A stretch of 52,290 bases of DNA from a virus (IMGVR_UViG_3300037628_000403:1-52290); one strand, 5' to 3'; positions 35,615-45,830 are shown, counted from the stretch's first letter. Program-made: numbers and translations. The notes: a model not told the origin generated them from the letters alone.

Positions 35615-37861
35615 TTATACGATTTTAACGCTGACGCCGTTTGACCTAATATAAACATAACCAGTGCCGGTGTGTTTCCAGATTGTGCCGTCACCAGGCG
35701 TTCCGATGGGGTTTGCTGATAAAAGTTTAATCCCATATCCCATCTGTAAGGAACCCGGAGTTGAGTTTGTTCCAGTGCCAAATTGAACTGAACCTAAACC
35801 ACTAGCAATAATGTCCCCTGCTGAAGCATCACCTTGGGCAAAGGCTCCTTTGCCAGAAGCCATAACTCTGGAACCGGCGCTTTGTGAAACACCCTGAGCA
35901 AAAGAACCAATGCCAGACGCTTCAATTAGGCCGCCCACTCCCAATGCTTGCCCTTGGGCAAATGAGCCACTATTTGTTGATTTTATTTCACCACCAATAA
36001 ACGAAAGCCCCTGAGCAAACGATCCAGAGCCACTTGCCTGTATCTTGCCACTCGTTCCAAACAGTATTGCCCCCTGAGCAAAACAGCCGAAGCTTGCCGC
36101 GATTATTTGTCCATTTGTCGATGCCCCTGCTGCGAAAGCTCCAGCCTGGTATGCCGCAATTCTTGTCTTAGCCCCAGCAATAATAGCAGAGTCAGCAAAG
36201 CCAAAGGCAAAAGAACCAGTAACCGATGCCAAGACTTCGGCATCGCCAGTATTAGCAGCACTTGCTATACCGGCGGCAAATGTTCCCAAGGCTGTTGCTG
36301 CTACCGTAGCATTTCCAGTGCTCGTTCCTTTTGCGTAACCAAGAGCAACCGCCCCATGCTCGGCAGAACTTACCAGGGAAGTGCTTATGCCGGTTGTTTT
36401 AGCAAAACCGGCAGCAAAGCCACCAGCCTTCAGGCACTTAACATAGGACTCGCCACCAGCGTCACCTGTTTCACAGAACCCAGATACAAAGCTAGGTGAC
36501 GGGACAGTGAGATTGCCTAGTGTAATCTTTCCAGTACCAGGTCCAGTTATTGCTCCAGCAACGATCCCACCAGTTGTCCCGGCATCAAGAATCTCTACAG
36601 TGCCAGGTGCCTCAATGTGCCCAAATATCGCTTGGCGAGCATGGGATCTTTTGAACTTAAAGGCTTCGCTGCCTAAATCAAATCCTACACCAAAACCACC
36701 AGCTACGTTTGGTATAGCAGGAGCACCTATCGCATTCAATCCATTCTTAGAACTGAACATCACTTCATCGGCAGCATTCAAAGTTTCAAATATTGCTTCG
36801 ACGCCAGCAGTACCGTCTTTGAATGTAACCGCTTTGCGCGTAGCGTCCGTGACGATCTCGGGCACCGCGCCATCCAGCGAGAGCTCATAAGCTTGCTGTA
36901 GAGTTGTATTGGCGCCACCAGCACCAGCAGCAATCGCAAAAGCAATGTCAACGAATTTGGCCTGGGATGGGTCACTAAGATCAGTAGCACCTTCTTGCAC
37001 TATCAGGGCAGTGGTAAACGTGCCTTGCGCAAATATTGGATCCAAGATAGGCGATTCTGTGAAGATGGCAGCCTCGGCTGCGAGCATAGAATTGTAAACA
37101 ACTTGCCCATACGATATTGTAGTGTTAACGGCTTGGCCAAAGAAGTAAAGGCGCTGAATAGTCCAATCGTTGTTAGGCACCGCGCCCAACCCGCCGTCAC
37201 CATCGTCGTATTGATTCGGATCAATATCAGTCTGCCCAGGCGCAGGCGTGAATCCACCAATACCATCCTGGTAGTAGTAAGTGAAATCAGGCACCGGTGA
37301 TTGTGCGTCGTTTGTTTTGATCGTTGGGTTTTCTGTATCGTTATTACGGTTGATGAACGGCAGCGTTGTCGTGCCAACAGTTTTGTCAACGGTCAGATTT
37401 ACACCATTGGCAAAATAGTCATTAAGGCTGTTGATAGGGCCCAGCACGTCAATGTAGTCCAATATGGCATCGGGCACTTGATATGCTGGGACGCTGCTTC
37501 CGGCGACTGAATCAATTTGCAACCCATCACTATGGATCAAGGATTGTAGGCCAATGTGAACACGAAAATCACTGCGCGCCGGTAGAGCACCAGACTCTTT
37601 GTGTAGGGTGCCACCCACCTCAACGTGGACAGTTGTAAATATAGCGGCCATGATCGGGATGGATTCGCCTATCTTCGCATCCCAAGAAACTAATGTTCTT
37701 GTGGGATTGGCTGGGTCGGACCAATCTACGATGACACCGGTGCCGGCTGCCACGTCAAATTTTGTAGGATCAACGTTGATGGTAATCTCGCCACCAGTAA
37801 GCAGCCCTGATTTCAGGTTATGCTCTGGTTGGATCGGACCATCTAAAGTTATCGCACCCAT
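35615..37861 (-). CDS. Fibre-like protein with YadA-head-like repeats
   Basis: Many (I/V)xASGxG(S/A)FAQG repeats in the C-terminal half. Confidence 0.7.
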   Translation of the reverse strand: MGAITLDGPIQPEHNLKSGLLTGGEITINVDPTKFDVAAGTGVIVDWSDPANPTRTLVSWDAKIGESIPIMAAIFTTVHVEVGGTLHKESGALPARSDFRVHIGLQSLIHSDGLQIDSVAGSSVPAYQVPDAILDYIDVLGPINSLNDYFANGVNLTVDKTVGTTTLPFINRNNDTENPTIKTNDAQSPVPDFTYYYQDGIGGFTPAPGQTDIDPNQYDDGDGGLGAVPNNDWTIQRLYFFGQAVNTTISYGQVVYNSMLAAEAAIFTESPILDPIFAQGTFTTALIVQEGATDLSDPSQAKFVDIAFAIAAGAGGANTTLQQAYELSLDGAVPEIVTDATRKAVTFKDGTAGVEAIFETLNAADEVMFSSKNGLNAIGAPAIPNVAGGFGVGFDLGSEAFKFKRSHARQAIFGHIEAPGTVEILDAGTTGGIVAGAITGPGTGKITLGNLTVPSPSFVSGFCETGDAGGESYVKCLKAGGFAAGFAKTTGISTSLVSSAEHGAVALGYAKGTSTGNATVAATALGTFAAGIASAANTGDAEVLASVTGSFAFGFADSAIIAGAKTRIAAYQAGAFAAGASTNGQIIAASFGCFAQGAILFGTSGKIQASGSGSFAQGLSFIGGEIKSTNSGSFAQGQALGVGGLIEASGIGSFAQGVSQSAGSRVMASGKGAFAQGDASAGDIIASGLGSVQFGTGTNSTPGSLQMGYGIKLLSANPIGTPGDGTIWKHTGTGYVYIRSNGVSVKIV

Positions 37862-37873
37862 AATATCTCCAAT

Positions 37874-37903
37874 GAGTCAGCCCTGCGCTAGCAGGGCAGA
37901 CTC
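37874..37903 (-). terminator. Hairpin after the capsid-adjacent gene
   Basis: GAGTCAGCCCTGC/GCAGGGCAGACTC. Confidence 0.55.
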
Positions 37904-37911
37904 AAGCTGAA

Positions 37912-38112
37912 TCACTTCGCTACTGGCTTCACCGGATTCACCGGAGGCTTCACCGGAGGCTTCACAGGAGGCTTCGGATCGCCAACTGGCGCACTTCCAC
38001 CACTGTTGCCTTCAGGCACAGCGTTGGGCTTATCCGCCCAACCAGCTTTTCGCATGTCGCTCATCTGATGAAGATCGACATCACAGCTGTTTCCCTCTTT
38101 GTACATTTTCAT
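37912..38112 (-). CDS. Small protein with KPPV repeats
   Basis: 66 aa; 12-bp DNA repeats GGCTTCACCGGA. Confidence 0.7.
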   Translation of the reverse strand: MKMYKEGNSCDVDLHQMSDMRKAGWADKPNAVPEGNSGGSAPVGDPKPPVKPPVKPPVNPVKPVAK

Positions 38113-38191
38113 AACTTACAGTTCTCCATTGCCTTTTGCGATACTCAGGGAATGGCGCCACTCGACGCCATCCCCGTCATATCAGTTCCTG

Positions 38192-39337
38192 CTAGAACTC
38201 ACGCAGGTTAACGATGCGGCGTGCATCGTAAGCCTTCGCACCCAACAGACAATCGATGGACAGCACCTCTTTCTTGAGCTGAATATCGTATGCCTGGACC
38301 AGTCGCAGGCTGAATCCATTGCTGGATACAACCGAACTGATGGCGTTGGATGGTTTGTCGAGCAAGGGCATCGCGAGTGCGATTGCGTTGCTGTCGAGGA
38401 TTGACCCAACGTAATTGCCAGCAGCACCACCGGAACCGATGGTTGTGATTGCAGCACCGTCAGGAATGATCTGATCGATGGGCTCGGTGAGCAGAATGCT
38501 CGTGCCGGTCGCGGCCAACTGAGTGGACACAACCAACGGACGACGAACACCGGCAACCACGATACGGTCACCAGGCTCGAACTGGCCTGTGCTGGAATCC
38601 GTGGTCAGCACCGACAGACCAATCAGGTTGGTCGTTCCGGTGTTGTTCGTAACACCGACACCGCTGCCAGGGGTGTGAGCATCCACCGGCAGTTGGAGGC
38701 TGGCATAGAAGTTCATGCCCATGGCACGCCCCAGCTTGGCTTCCTGGAATACCGTTTGGCCTTCCTCGCCACGTGCGTTGTACTGATTGAAGTACGTCGC
38801 ACCAAGCAACTCGGCTTCCAGCGTGTCGTTCACCAAACAGAATCGACCTTGAACGTCGAGTTGCTGGTTGTTGGCAGCCTTGCGGGACAATGCCATGTCT
38901 GCAGCGGTCGCATACATGTCATCGGACCGATACAACCCAGTGCCTTCCAGCACTTTGGTACCGACATGCTCGTCGATTTCCACTGCCAGTCGATACAAGG
39001 CAGGCTTGAGGACTTCATCGGAGAATCCGTCAAAGTTCAATGCCAATTCCTTCGCATTGAGTTCAATCGACACGTCCAAGTGTCGCTCAATGGTGAAGTC
39101 ACGCTGCGAAGCGCGGATGTCTTGGATCGTGATTGGCGTGCCAGGCGTGAAGTCATTCACGGTGAAATCGCCGTACTGCTTGATGCGTACGGTATCACCA
39201 ACGGCATAGCCATTCGGCTTCGTGTTGAAGTCCGAGGTTTTGTCCCGAGAGACGAGGTTGGAAAGCACCAACGCATCTTCCATATGCGATAGTGATTCTG
39301 CTGCGATCATGTCGATGTTGTGCCAGGTATTAGCCAT
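38192..39337 (-). CDS. Major capsid protein (P22 coat-like)
   Basis: MANT..., GDTVRI, LKPALYRLA..ID, SIDCLLGAK; AGGAGG RBS. Confidence 0.9.
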   Translation of the reverse strand: MANTWHNIDMIAAESLSHMEDALVLSNLVSRDKTSDFNTKPNGYAVGDTVRIKQYGDFTVNDFTPGTPITIQDIRASQRDFTIERHLDVSIELNAKELALNFDGFSDEVLKPALYRLAVEIDEHVGTKVLEGTGLYRSDDMYATAADMALSRKAANNQQLDVQGRFCLVNDTLEAELLGATYFNQYNARGEEGQTVFQEAKLGRAMGMNFYASLQLPVDAHTPGSGVGVTNNTGTTNLIGLSVLTTDSSTGQFEPGDRIVVAGVRRPLVVSTQLAATGTSILLTEPIDQIIPDGAAITTIGSGGAAGNYVGSILDSNAIALAMPLLDKPSNAISSVVSSNGFSLRLVQAYDIQLKKEVLSIDCLLGAKAYDARRIVNLREF

Positions 39338-39587
39338 TGAGATGGCCTCCTATTACTAAAAGTTCATTCCTCATCCAAAATAGATGAGGACAAAACCTAG
39401 ATCGGGCCACCCGATTTTGATTGTCCAAGATTTACTCAACCAGCCACTGGCGATTACAGCAACCGGCCACCGGTCCACTATAATCAGAGTTTTTCTTGCT
39501 ACATGCTATTTTTGAATCGAGCGCAGAGCCGATAACGGCAATGGGTTGGAGACAGCCACATGGCTGCCTCCACGTCTCGACTCCACG

Positions 39588-40397
39588 CTACTTCTTTGCT
39601 TTCCTTTCATTCTTTTCTTTCTTCAACTTCCGATACAAAGTTTGGTTGCCTTCGGATGCTGCTTTTTCCATTTGCGCTTCAATGTCGCTTCCGCCTCCAC
39701 CGCCGCCACCTTCAGCACCGGCACCGACTGAGTCTGGCCAGTAGTGCGGGTACTTGGTTTGCAATTCCTTGATCATATCACCAGGAGTGAAGAGCCCACC
39801 AGCCTCGTTCTTGCGTAGAGTTTTGTCGGCATTGCGTGCTTCCAAAATTCCATCGGCATCAACGCCGAACACTTCACGAATGCGGCGCTTAATGTCGTCC
39901 ATCGCCTCTGGGCGCGGTTTTGCTTCCAGGGCGACTGCTGCCGAATCAGTCGCATCATCAATTGCCTTTCCCACGGCGGTTTGTCGCAAACCGTCACGCT
40001 CTGTAGTAGCAGTACCAAGTTGAGTGGTCAAATCGGCGATTGTAGTCTCAAAGCCCAACCGCATTTTCTCGGTGTGCTTTGTGAGAACCTCGTCAAGCTT
40101 ACCAGCCTTCAGAAGTGTAGCAGTCTCGTCTTCACTTGCTGCGGCGATCATTGCCCGGTACTCGGCAGCATCTACACCGTCAAATGCCTTCAGCTTGTCG
40201 GCCAGTGCTTGCTTCTCGCCAATCAAAGCATCGGTGTTCGTTTTCAAACCGGCAGTCGTAGCATCGACAGCGGTCTGAATCGCAGCAAGTACCAATGGAT
40301 CTTTGAGATCAATGGCAGGTGGATTTCCACCGCCACCACCGCCACCTGGTGGATCTTTCTCTTCAAACAATTCCCCACGCACAAATCTATTGAACAT
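39588..40397 (-). CDS. Capsid scaffolding protein
   Basis: Coiled coil; GLK.N.D.L..EK and GAGAEGGGGGG; precedes the capsid gene. Confidence 0.8.
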   Translation of the reverse strand: MFNRFVRGELFEEKDPPGGGGGGGNPPAIDLKDPLVLAAIQTAVDATTAGLKTNTDALIGEKQALADKLKAFDGVDAAEYRAMIAAASEDETATLLKAGKLDEVLTKHTEKMRLGFETTIADLTTQLGTATTERDGLRQTAVGKAIDDATDSAAVALEAKPRPEAMDDIKRRIREVFGVDADGILEARNADKTLRKNEAGGLFTPGDMIKELQTKYPHYWPDSVGAGAEGGGGGGGSDIEAQMEKAASEGNQTLYRKLKKEKNERKAKK

Positions 40398-40608
40398 TTT
40401 CTTCTCCCATTGTCTCAAAAATTTCAGGCTCGTCTGATTCCAGATCCTCTATCTGAACATCAGTGGTTTTCTTCATATCAAACCGTCCCAAACTCTCTCC
40501 GCTCATTACTCGCTGAGTCTGCTTAGCACCCAACAAATCCTCCAAAAAATCTTTGCCTTTCTGACCGCACTTGGCTTGTCTCGCCAAGAAATCATCGTAT
40601 GCCGTCAC
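40387..40608 (-). CDS. Hypothetical; resembles a detached C-terminal part of gp7/MuF proteins
   Basis: TAYDDFLARQ...FLEDLLG; GTGA overlap with the gp7 stop codon. Confidence 0.55.
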   Translation of the reverse strand: MTAYDDFLARQAKCGQKGKDFLEDLLGAKQTQRVMSGESLGRFDMKKTTDVQIEDLESDEPEIFETMGEENVQ

Positions 40609-41402
40609 GCCGCTGCCGCTATCATAATGGAAGTGCTACGGCAGCCCCAGTGGATTTCACCTGGGCCTTCTTCCCAAGCAAAATCGTGACCAATCGGCTC
40701 ATGGTCCACAGTGTATTTCTGTCCGGCACGATCAAGACAAATATCAGTAGTAGCATTGTCCAAAACTGCATCCCAAATCAAATACGCAATGTTCTTGCCG
40801 TTCAATTTCTGAATCGCGTTGCTCGAAGTAGCAGATGCGTGATTCAACCCACCGCGTGTTAACGCTTGGGCGTTTGCTTTTGCTAACTTGAAAGTAGTCC
40901 TCTCCAATTGGGTCATGATCTCGGCCATTGACTGTCCATCACGCAATCCGCGCTTAATGGCAATCGTAACACGCTTCGAGTGATCCTTGGCCAACTTGCC
41001 CCACCAAGATGATATCGTGCGTCCATTATAGCTGGACCGTTTGAACACGTTCTTCAATTTGCTCAAAACCGGTGTCTTAATTTTCACTGCCTTGCCCAAT
41101 TGGACTCGCAACGCCTTAGCGTGCCAAGCAGCTTCCACTTCGATCAGCTTACCAGCGCGAACTGTTTGTTTTGCTAGCATAGCAGAGTATTCTTCAGCAT
41201 AGTGGCGCTGGACCATTTTGATAACGTGCCGTTCTTGCCGACTGCCAGAAGGGACTGTGCCGATGCGTCGCAGGCCAGCAGCAAGAGACCTATCGGCACC
41301 GCCGACAAGACTGCTGGCATTCCTAGCTTGGCTTTCGATATGGCGCAAAACGCGTGTTTGGCGTCGTGTATACATATCGGCAATTTGTTTACTGGTCGGC
41401 AT
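40605..41402 (-). CDS. Head morphogenesis protein (SPP1 gp7/MuF family)
   Basis: WDAVLDNATTDIC...HWGCRS. Confidence 0.85.
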   Translation of the reverse strand: MPTSKQIADMYTRRQTRVLRHIESQARNASSLVGGADRSLAAGLRRIGTVPSGSRQERHVIKMVQRHYAEEYSAMLAKQTVRAGKLIEVEAAWHAKALRVQLGKAVKIKTPVLSKLKNVFKRSSYNGRTISSWWGKLAKDHSKRVTIAIKRGLRDGQSMAEIMTQLERTTFKLAKANAQALTRGGLNHASATSSNAIQKLNGKNIAYLIWDAVLDNATTDICLDRAGQKYTVDHEPIGHDFAWEEGPGEIHWGCRSTSIMIAAAA

Positions 41403-41565
41403 CTTGTTTCCTAACAAGTCTCAAATTCGATATTGCATCAGCAATAAGTTCCGATGACAAATCAACAAGCTCGCGATCATCAAGATCATTGATCCGCTCA
41501 ACAATATCGCCAAGCTCGCCAAGACCTTCGATCTCAAATTTGATCTCAAGCTTATTCGTCGCCAT
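41389..41565 (-). CDS. Small acidic hypothetical protein (58 aa, absent from ORF track)
   Basis: MATNKLEIKFEIEGLGELGD...RKQDADQ fills the portal-gp7 gap and overlaps both neighbours. Confidence 0.6.
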   Translation of the reverse strand: MATNKLEIKFEIEGLGELGDIVERINDLDDRELVDLSSELIADAISNLRLVRKQDADQ

Positions 41566-43072
41566 CTATTGGGTTCCCATCCTCGTCCAACTCGACCTCT
41601 TCATCACCCTCGGCAGGAACAACCGTCTTCTCACCATCATCAATCAGCTTTGGCTCGTTGTTCTCATTCTCAAGCTCTTCAATGATTTCCTCTTCAGTCT
41701 TTTCCGAATCAGGCAACATCCCAGCACGACGCAAATTCCATCGGTACTCGGCAAACGTAATGCCGCTGTTCGTCCAACTATCCATCAGTGCTGCCAGGGC
41801 AGGCGCATCAAGCGATATATCAGAGAACTCTTTTGAGCCACTGAACGAAACATCATCTTCATTTGCGCTGGTCCAATCAGCGGCAATTTTAAGAGCAGAC
41901 GTGATTGCCTCTGAAGCTTGCTCGACCAATGAAGACAAGTTCGCACCGGATGCCGCTTGTCGTAATCGCAACGACTCGGCTGACTCGGCAACTTTCTTTG
42001 AAGAGCCAAGCAGGTTCGCACCATAATTGGCGGCCTCTTCAAAAAGTTTGTCGATGTGGGTCATTACATGTTGAAGCGCGCTGGTGTCCGTTTTTGTGTA
42101 GTCAACTTTTGACGCGACGTTACTGACACCGAGCACAACTTGCGAACCAACAACCTGTGGTACTTGGTCCTTCTCGACGCCTGTGATATAGAGCATCGGG
42201 TTACAAGACATGAATTCGCTGGCTGCTAAGTCAGCAGACCGCATGTAAATTTGAAGAGCGCAGTTTGCGATACCAGACATTGGGACAATGTCAGGATCAG
42301 GCGTGTTCTTCAAACTTCCAGCAATAACCATCGGGATGTAATCAAGGGTCTTGCCCTGAATTGATGGTTCAACAACATCGCCGGTTTGCTCACACTCGAC
42401 ATAAACAGCCGTTTCATACTTACCATCTTTAATACGAACAACGCGATGCTTCAACTCGTCAGTGTGATCGAATTCATCCTCAGCCAACATCTGCTCTGTA
42501 AGGACACCAAGGGACAATTTCTTTTTGTTATTTACAACTGTCTCTTTCCAGTTGATAAAGTCTTCAGCCAAATACACTGCTATATAAGGCTTATTCGTGG
42601 TAGGGTCCACGTCAACTAGCATAATGCATCGACCGGTCTGAATGATCTCGCTCAAGACGGTGCTATACAACTCCGTCAAAGACAATCCGTCATTGGTTGC
42701 CTCGTTCTCCATGTGCTCCAGGCTTGAAGGAAGATTGAACTCTGGCTCTTCATTCAACGCAATCCCAAGCAGGCCGCGCAACGTAGCAGCGACCATATCT
42801 GGAACGTGTGCGCGTTGAAGGTATGATCGGTAAGCTGGATTGGAGTGCCACCATGGCGCTGACTCAACACTGCTCGTGTATAGACCACCATCTAGTTGTT
42901 GATCACCCGTTATATCTGGCGCTGGAGTTTTCGCAGTGGCCATTGAAGACGGCATCGGCAAGTACGCGATGTTTGCGCGCTTGACAGACTTTACCCCATC
43001 AAGAAAATCACGTACCAGTCGCCATTCCCATAGTGATGCTGTATATAGAGGGTGAGTTGATTCAACCGTCAT
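41552..43072 (-). CDS. Portal protein (DUF4055-type)
   Basis: Follows TerL; YLP, Y.SYLQRA, GRCIMLVD, ESAESLRLR. Confidence 0.9.
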   Translation of the reverse strand: MTVESTHPLYTASLWEWRLVRDFLDGVKSVKRANIAYLPMPSSMATAKTPAPDITGDQQLDGGLYTSSVESAPWWHSNPAYRSYLQRAHVPDMVAATLRGLLGIALNEEPEFNLPSSLEHMENEATNDGLSLTELYSTVLSEIIQTGRCIMLVDVDPTTNKPYIAVYLAEDFINWKETVVNNKKKLSLGVLTEQMLAEDEFDHTDELKHRVVRIKDGKYETAVYVECEQTGDVVEPSIQGKTLDYIPMVIAGSLKNTPDPDIVPMSGIANCALQIYMRSADLAASEFMSCNPMLYITGVEKDQVPQVVGSQVVLGVSNVASKVDYTKTDTSALQHVMTHIDKLFEEAANYGANLLGSSKKVAESAESLRLRQAASGANLSSLVEQASEAITSALKIAADWTSANEDDVSFSGSKEFSDISLDAPALAALMDSWTNSGITFAEYRWNLRRAGMLPDSEKTEEEIIEELENENNEPKLIDDGEKTVVPAEGDEEVELDEDGNPIDGDE

Positions 43073-44382
43073 TAATGTAGCCCCACTACCGAGGTGGTTG
43101 TTGCCACCGGTTTTGTAATCGAGAATTCATACGCAATTGGGTAACCAAACGCGTCATTAACGTCATCCCACTTGCCCTCACCCTTTTCAGGCTGACCGTT
43201 CTTGTCATAGACTTGTTGTTCTAGCCCGGCAACTAAATTCGGGCACATCGAAGCATTTACAAACAAACCACGCTCGCCTTTGCCATTACAGAACTTGGCG
43301 TTGACCGACATGATGCGATCTTTGACCAATGGGTTCGTTTCATTCTTCCGAATCAAAAATCCAGCAGTCCTGAGCAGCGACATATCGGTCTCAGTAGCAT
43401 TCACTGATTTTCGATTCTGACCAGTCGCATCTGGATAAACCATGATCTGATTCTTTGGATAACGCTCTTGGAGAATTTGGATTGTCTCAGGCGTATCAAA
43501 CGAATCAATAATTTCATCAACGGCATGCCAACCATCTTCACGCGGCACATAAATAACAGCACATCCACGCTGAACGTTGAAGTCCATCCCAACTCGCAGT
43601 GTCTCGTTGCCTTCAACGATTTCTTTGGAGCCGCTGGCTTTGCGATCATAACTCTTGTAAACTTTTCCAGCGGTCAGGTTGACGAATTTGCCTTCTATAT
43701 AAGCCTCAACCAATTCCTTGGTATACGAGGCACGCAAAGCATCAACATACTCGCTACCAACATGCGGATTGGAGTATGTCGGTGCGCGATAGACTCTGTA
43801 ATCAGGTGTAGTATTCAATTCCCACCGCTTGTAGCAAAAACGGAATCCTTCAGGTGTCGTATATGCAGACACCTTGTTTTGCTCGCGAACCATTTCCTGA
43901 TTGCCATCGTGATTTTCAAAATACTGGATCTCACCGTCTTCATCCAAGATCGGCATCTTTTGGCGATTACGAGCAATGATTTTGTTCCATGCCTCTTCAG
44001 CTTTCTTCTGAGGCAGCGTATCAAGCTCATCGATGTGAGATCGAAAAACTTCATACGCAATAATGCGTTCTGGCCGATCCAATGATCGCATGATGATTTT
44101 GCCGTATCCGTGTACTCTGAAAATGTACTCTGATTTGTTGTAACTAAACTTCATCCCCATTACGATCAAGTATTCTTCAATGCGCGGCATAAGCGACAAG
44201 CGCAACAAATCGTATGTTGGGGAATACACTGCTATATTAGCACCAGGGAAGTGTTCCAAGTCCATCAACGTGTTCAGGATCAAGACCTCCGTCTTGCCCG
44301 AACCAAACCCGCCACAGAAAAGTTTAAACTTTCCCTCGCCAACAAAGAACTCGGTTTGTGGTACGGTTAATGCAATTTCCAA
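43072..44382 (-). CDS. terL: Terminase large subunit
   Basis: GGFGSGKT, IDE, TTPEG, GMDFN, YPDATG, DDVNDAFGY. Confidence 0.95.
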   Translation of the reverse strand: MEIALTVPQTEFFVGEGKFKLFCGGFGSGKTEVLILNTLMDLEHFPGANIAVYSPTYDLLRLSLMPRIEEYLIVMGMKFSYNKSEYIFRVHGYGKIIMRSLDRPERIIAYEVFRSHIDELDTLPQKKAEEAWNKIIARNRQKMPILDEDGEIQYFENHDGNQEMVREQNKVSAYTTPEGFRFCYKRWELNTTPDYRVYRAPTYSNPHVGSEYVDALRASYTKELVEAYIEGKFVNLTAGKVYKSYDRKASGSKEIVEGNETLRVGMDFNVQRGCAVIYVPREDGWHAVDEIIDSFDTPETIQILQERYPKNQIMVYPDATGQNRKSVNATETDMSLLRTAGFLIRKNETNPLVKDRIMSVNAKFCNGKGERGLFVNASMCPNLVAGLEQQVYDKNGQPEKGEGKWDDVNDAFGYPIAYEFSITKPVATTTSVVGLH

Positions 44383-44434
44383 TGAAACAATGAACCTTTA
44401 CAACACCAAAAAAAATCAACACCCATCCGGGACA

Positions 44435-44463
44435 ATTATAGCCTATCTATACCTATAAGTAAA
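44435..44463 (-). promoter_or_regulatory. Sigma70-type promoter for the terminase/structural operon
   Basis: TTTACT-17 bp-TATAAT on the - strand. Confidence 0.7.
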
Positions 44464-44570
44464 GGATTGTTTTTATATTTTGTTTTCAGAATGGACGATT
44501 GATGATTATAGAAACACAATGCCAGCAATGATGATTATCACTGCTATTACAGTGCAAATTTGATCAGCCA

Positions 44571-44831
44571 TCACGTGCCTTGCTCTTCACTATTCACAAT
44601 GTGACCGTCCTCAACCCGTCTATGCAATATATCAATGGAGCCAAGCATCAGCGCTGGCCACTCATCGCAAACATATATCCCGCCGGTACAACCATCATTG
44701 AATGTGTATGCTATCGCAGCACCGCGTATCTCACCAGTCTTTATTTGTTCGATGACTCGCTCAAGCATATCTACAATATCAAGCCTTGGCTTGATGTTTG
44801 GCATTGGCCTAAGATTATTTGAATCAGACAT
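44571..44831 (-). CDS. Hypothetical protein
   Basis: ORF coupled to neighbours; GEIRGAAIAY. Confidence 0.65.
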   Translation of the reverse strand: MSDSNNLRPMPNIKPRLDIVDMLERVIEQIKTGEIRGAAIAYTFNDGCTGGIYVCDEWPALMLGSIDILHRRVEDGHIVNSEEQGT

Positions 44832-45105
44832 TTGGGACACTCCATTTAGCACCAGTCAGCAAATCCTCCGCCAACCACCCGTCATATTCTGACGGTAATT
44901 TCACACCAGCCCCATTCAGAAGCGTGAGTATGAGCGGGCTATCAGTTCCCCACATTTCAGTATCAGCGCCGATCATATACCGATTCTCATCTTTCAACAC
45001 GCCATCAGGAACGGCCATGAAACCAATCACCATGTATATGGGTGTTCCTTTGCTAGTTTCACGATCAGTTTTTCTAAATAGCAATTGCCCTGCTACATTA
45101 CCCAT
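44824..45105 (-). CDS. Hypothetical protein
   Basis: GAGG RBS; coupled to neighbours. Confidence 0.6.
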   Translation of the reverse strand: MGNVAGQLLFRKTDRETSKGTPIYMVIGFMAVPDGVLKDENRYMIGADTEMWGTDSPLILTLLNGAGVKLPSEYDGWLAEDLLTGAKWSVPNV

Positions 45106-45107
45106 TT

Positions 45108-45593
45108 TCAACCTCTCGATATTGGCTGAGTGCTACCAGGAAAACCACCGGCAACACTAACATTGATTTCAGGATTCGCACCGCCCAATGCCATCTTGTT
45201 TTCTTGATACCACTCAATACGCTTCTTGGCGTATGGGACGAACACCCTCTGAGGCACATGCATATACCCATTATCAACGCCAATCAATTTAGCGGCAATA
45301 AGGAACTCCCAATCTTGATGATTGCGTCTGAATGCGACGATGGGCTCAAGACTGAGCTTTCGTGCTGCTATTACAGACTGTAACCACCAACCACCGAAAT
45401 TCATTTTCTCGCAGCGCTTCACCTCCACCGCAAATGGCGGATAAATAACATCTGTGCCGCCAGACCGCACTTGCTCCAGATTACGTTCAGGATTTTTGCG
45501 TTCAGGATGTAAGTTCAGATGGTCCTTCATCCATCGACAGAATTCACGTTCACCACCGGCACCTTTGGCTCTTACATTGATCTTTCCCATCAA
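45108..45593 (-). CDS. Holliday junction resolvase-like PD-(D/E)XK nuclease
   Basis: RAKGAGGERE...GGTD...AVEVKR. Confidence 0.8.
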   Translation of the reverse strand: MMGKINVRAKGAGGEREFCRWMKDHLNLHPERKNPERNLEQVRSGGTDVIYPPFAVEVKRCEKMNFGGWWLQSVIAARKLSLEPIVAFRRNHQDWEFLIAAKLIGVDNGYMHVPQRVFVPYAKKRIEWYQENKMALGGANPEINVSVAGGFPGSTQPISRG

Positions 45594-45814
45594 CTTCCTT
45601 CCGTATCACGCTTGAAACGCATAATCGCATTTCCCATAGCCTTCATTTGGATATTCTGGCCAGCCAGGGCATCAACGCAGTCATCCGCATGCATCCAGTT
45701 AATTGCCTCTGTGGTAGCCGCCTCAACAATTGCCTCAAGACTCTCCACCAGGCCATCATCCAAGATGTACCCATGCGTATTCAACAACGCTTTGGTGATT
45801 GCTTCCTTTTTCAT
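45590..45814 (-). CDS. Hypothetical protein
   Basis: GGGAG RBS, ATG 45814. Confidence 0.6.
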   Translation of the reverse strand: MKKEAITKALLNTHGYILDDGLVESLEAIVEAATTEAINWMHADDCVDALAGQNIQMKAMGNAIMRFKRDTEGS

Positions 45815-45830
45815 TTTACTACTCCCATTG

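Noticed and set aside
38675-39292. Long antisense ORFs opposite capsid, terminase and tail genes
   Set aside because: Shadow frames of strongly coding genes with no RBS or recognisable motifs
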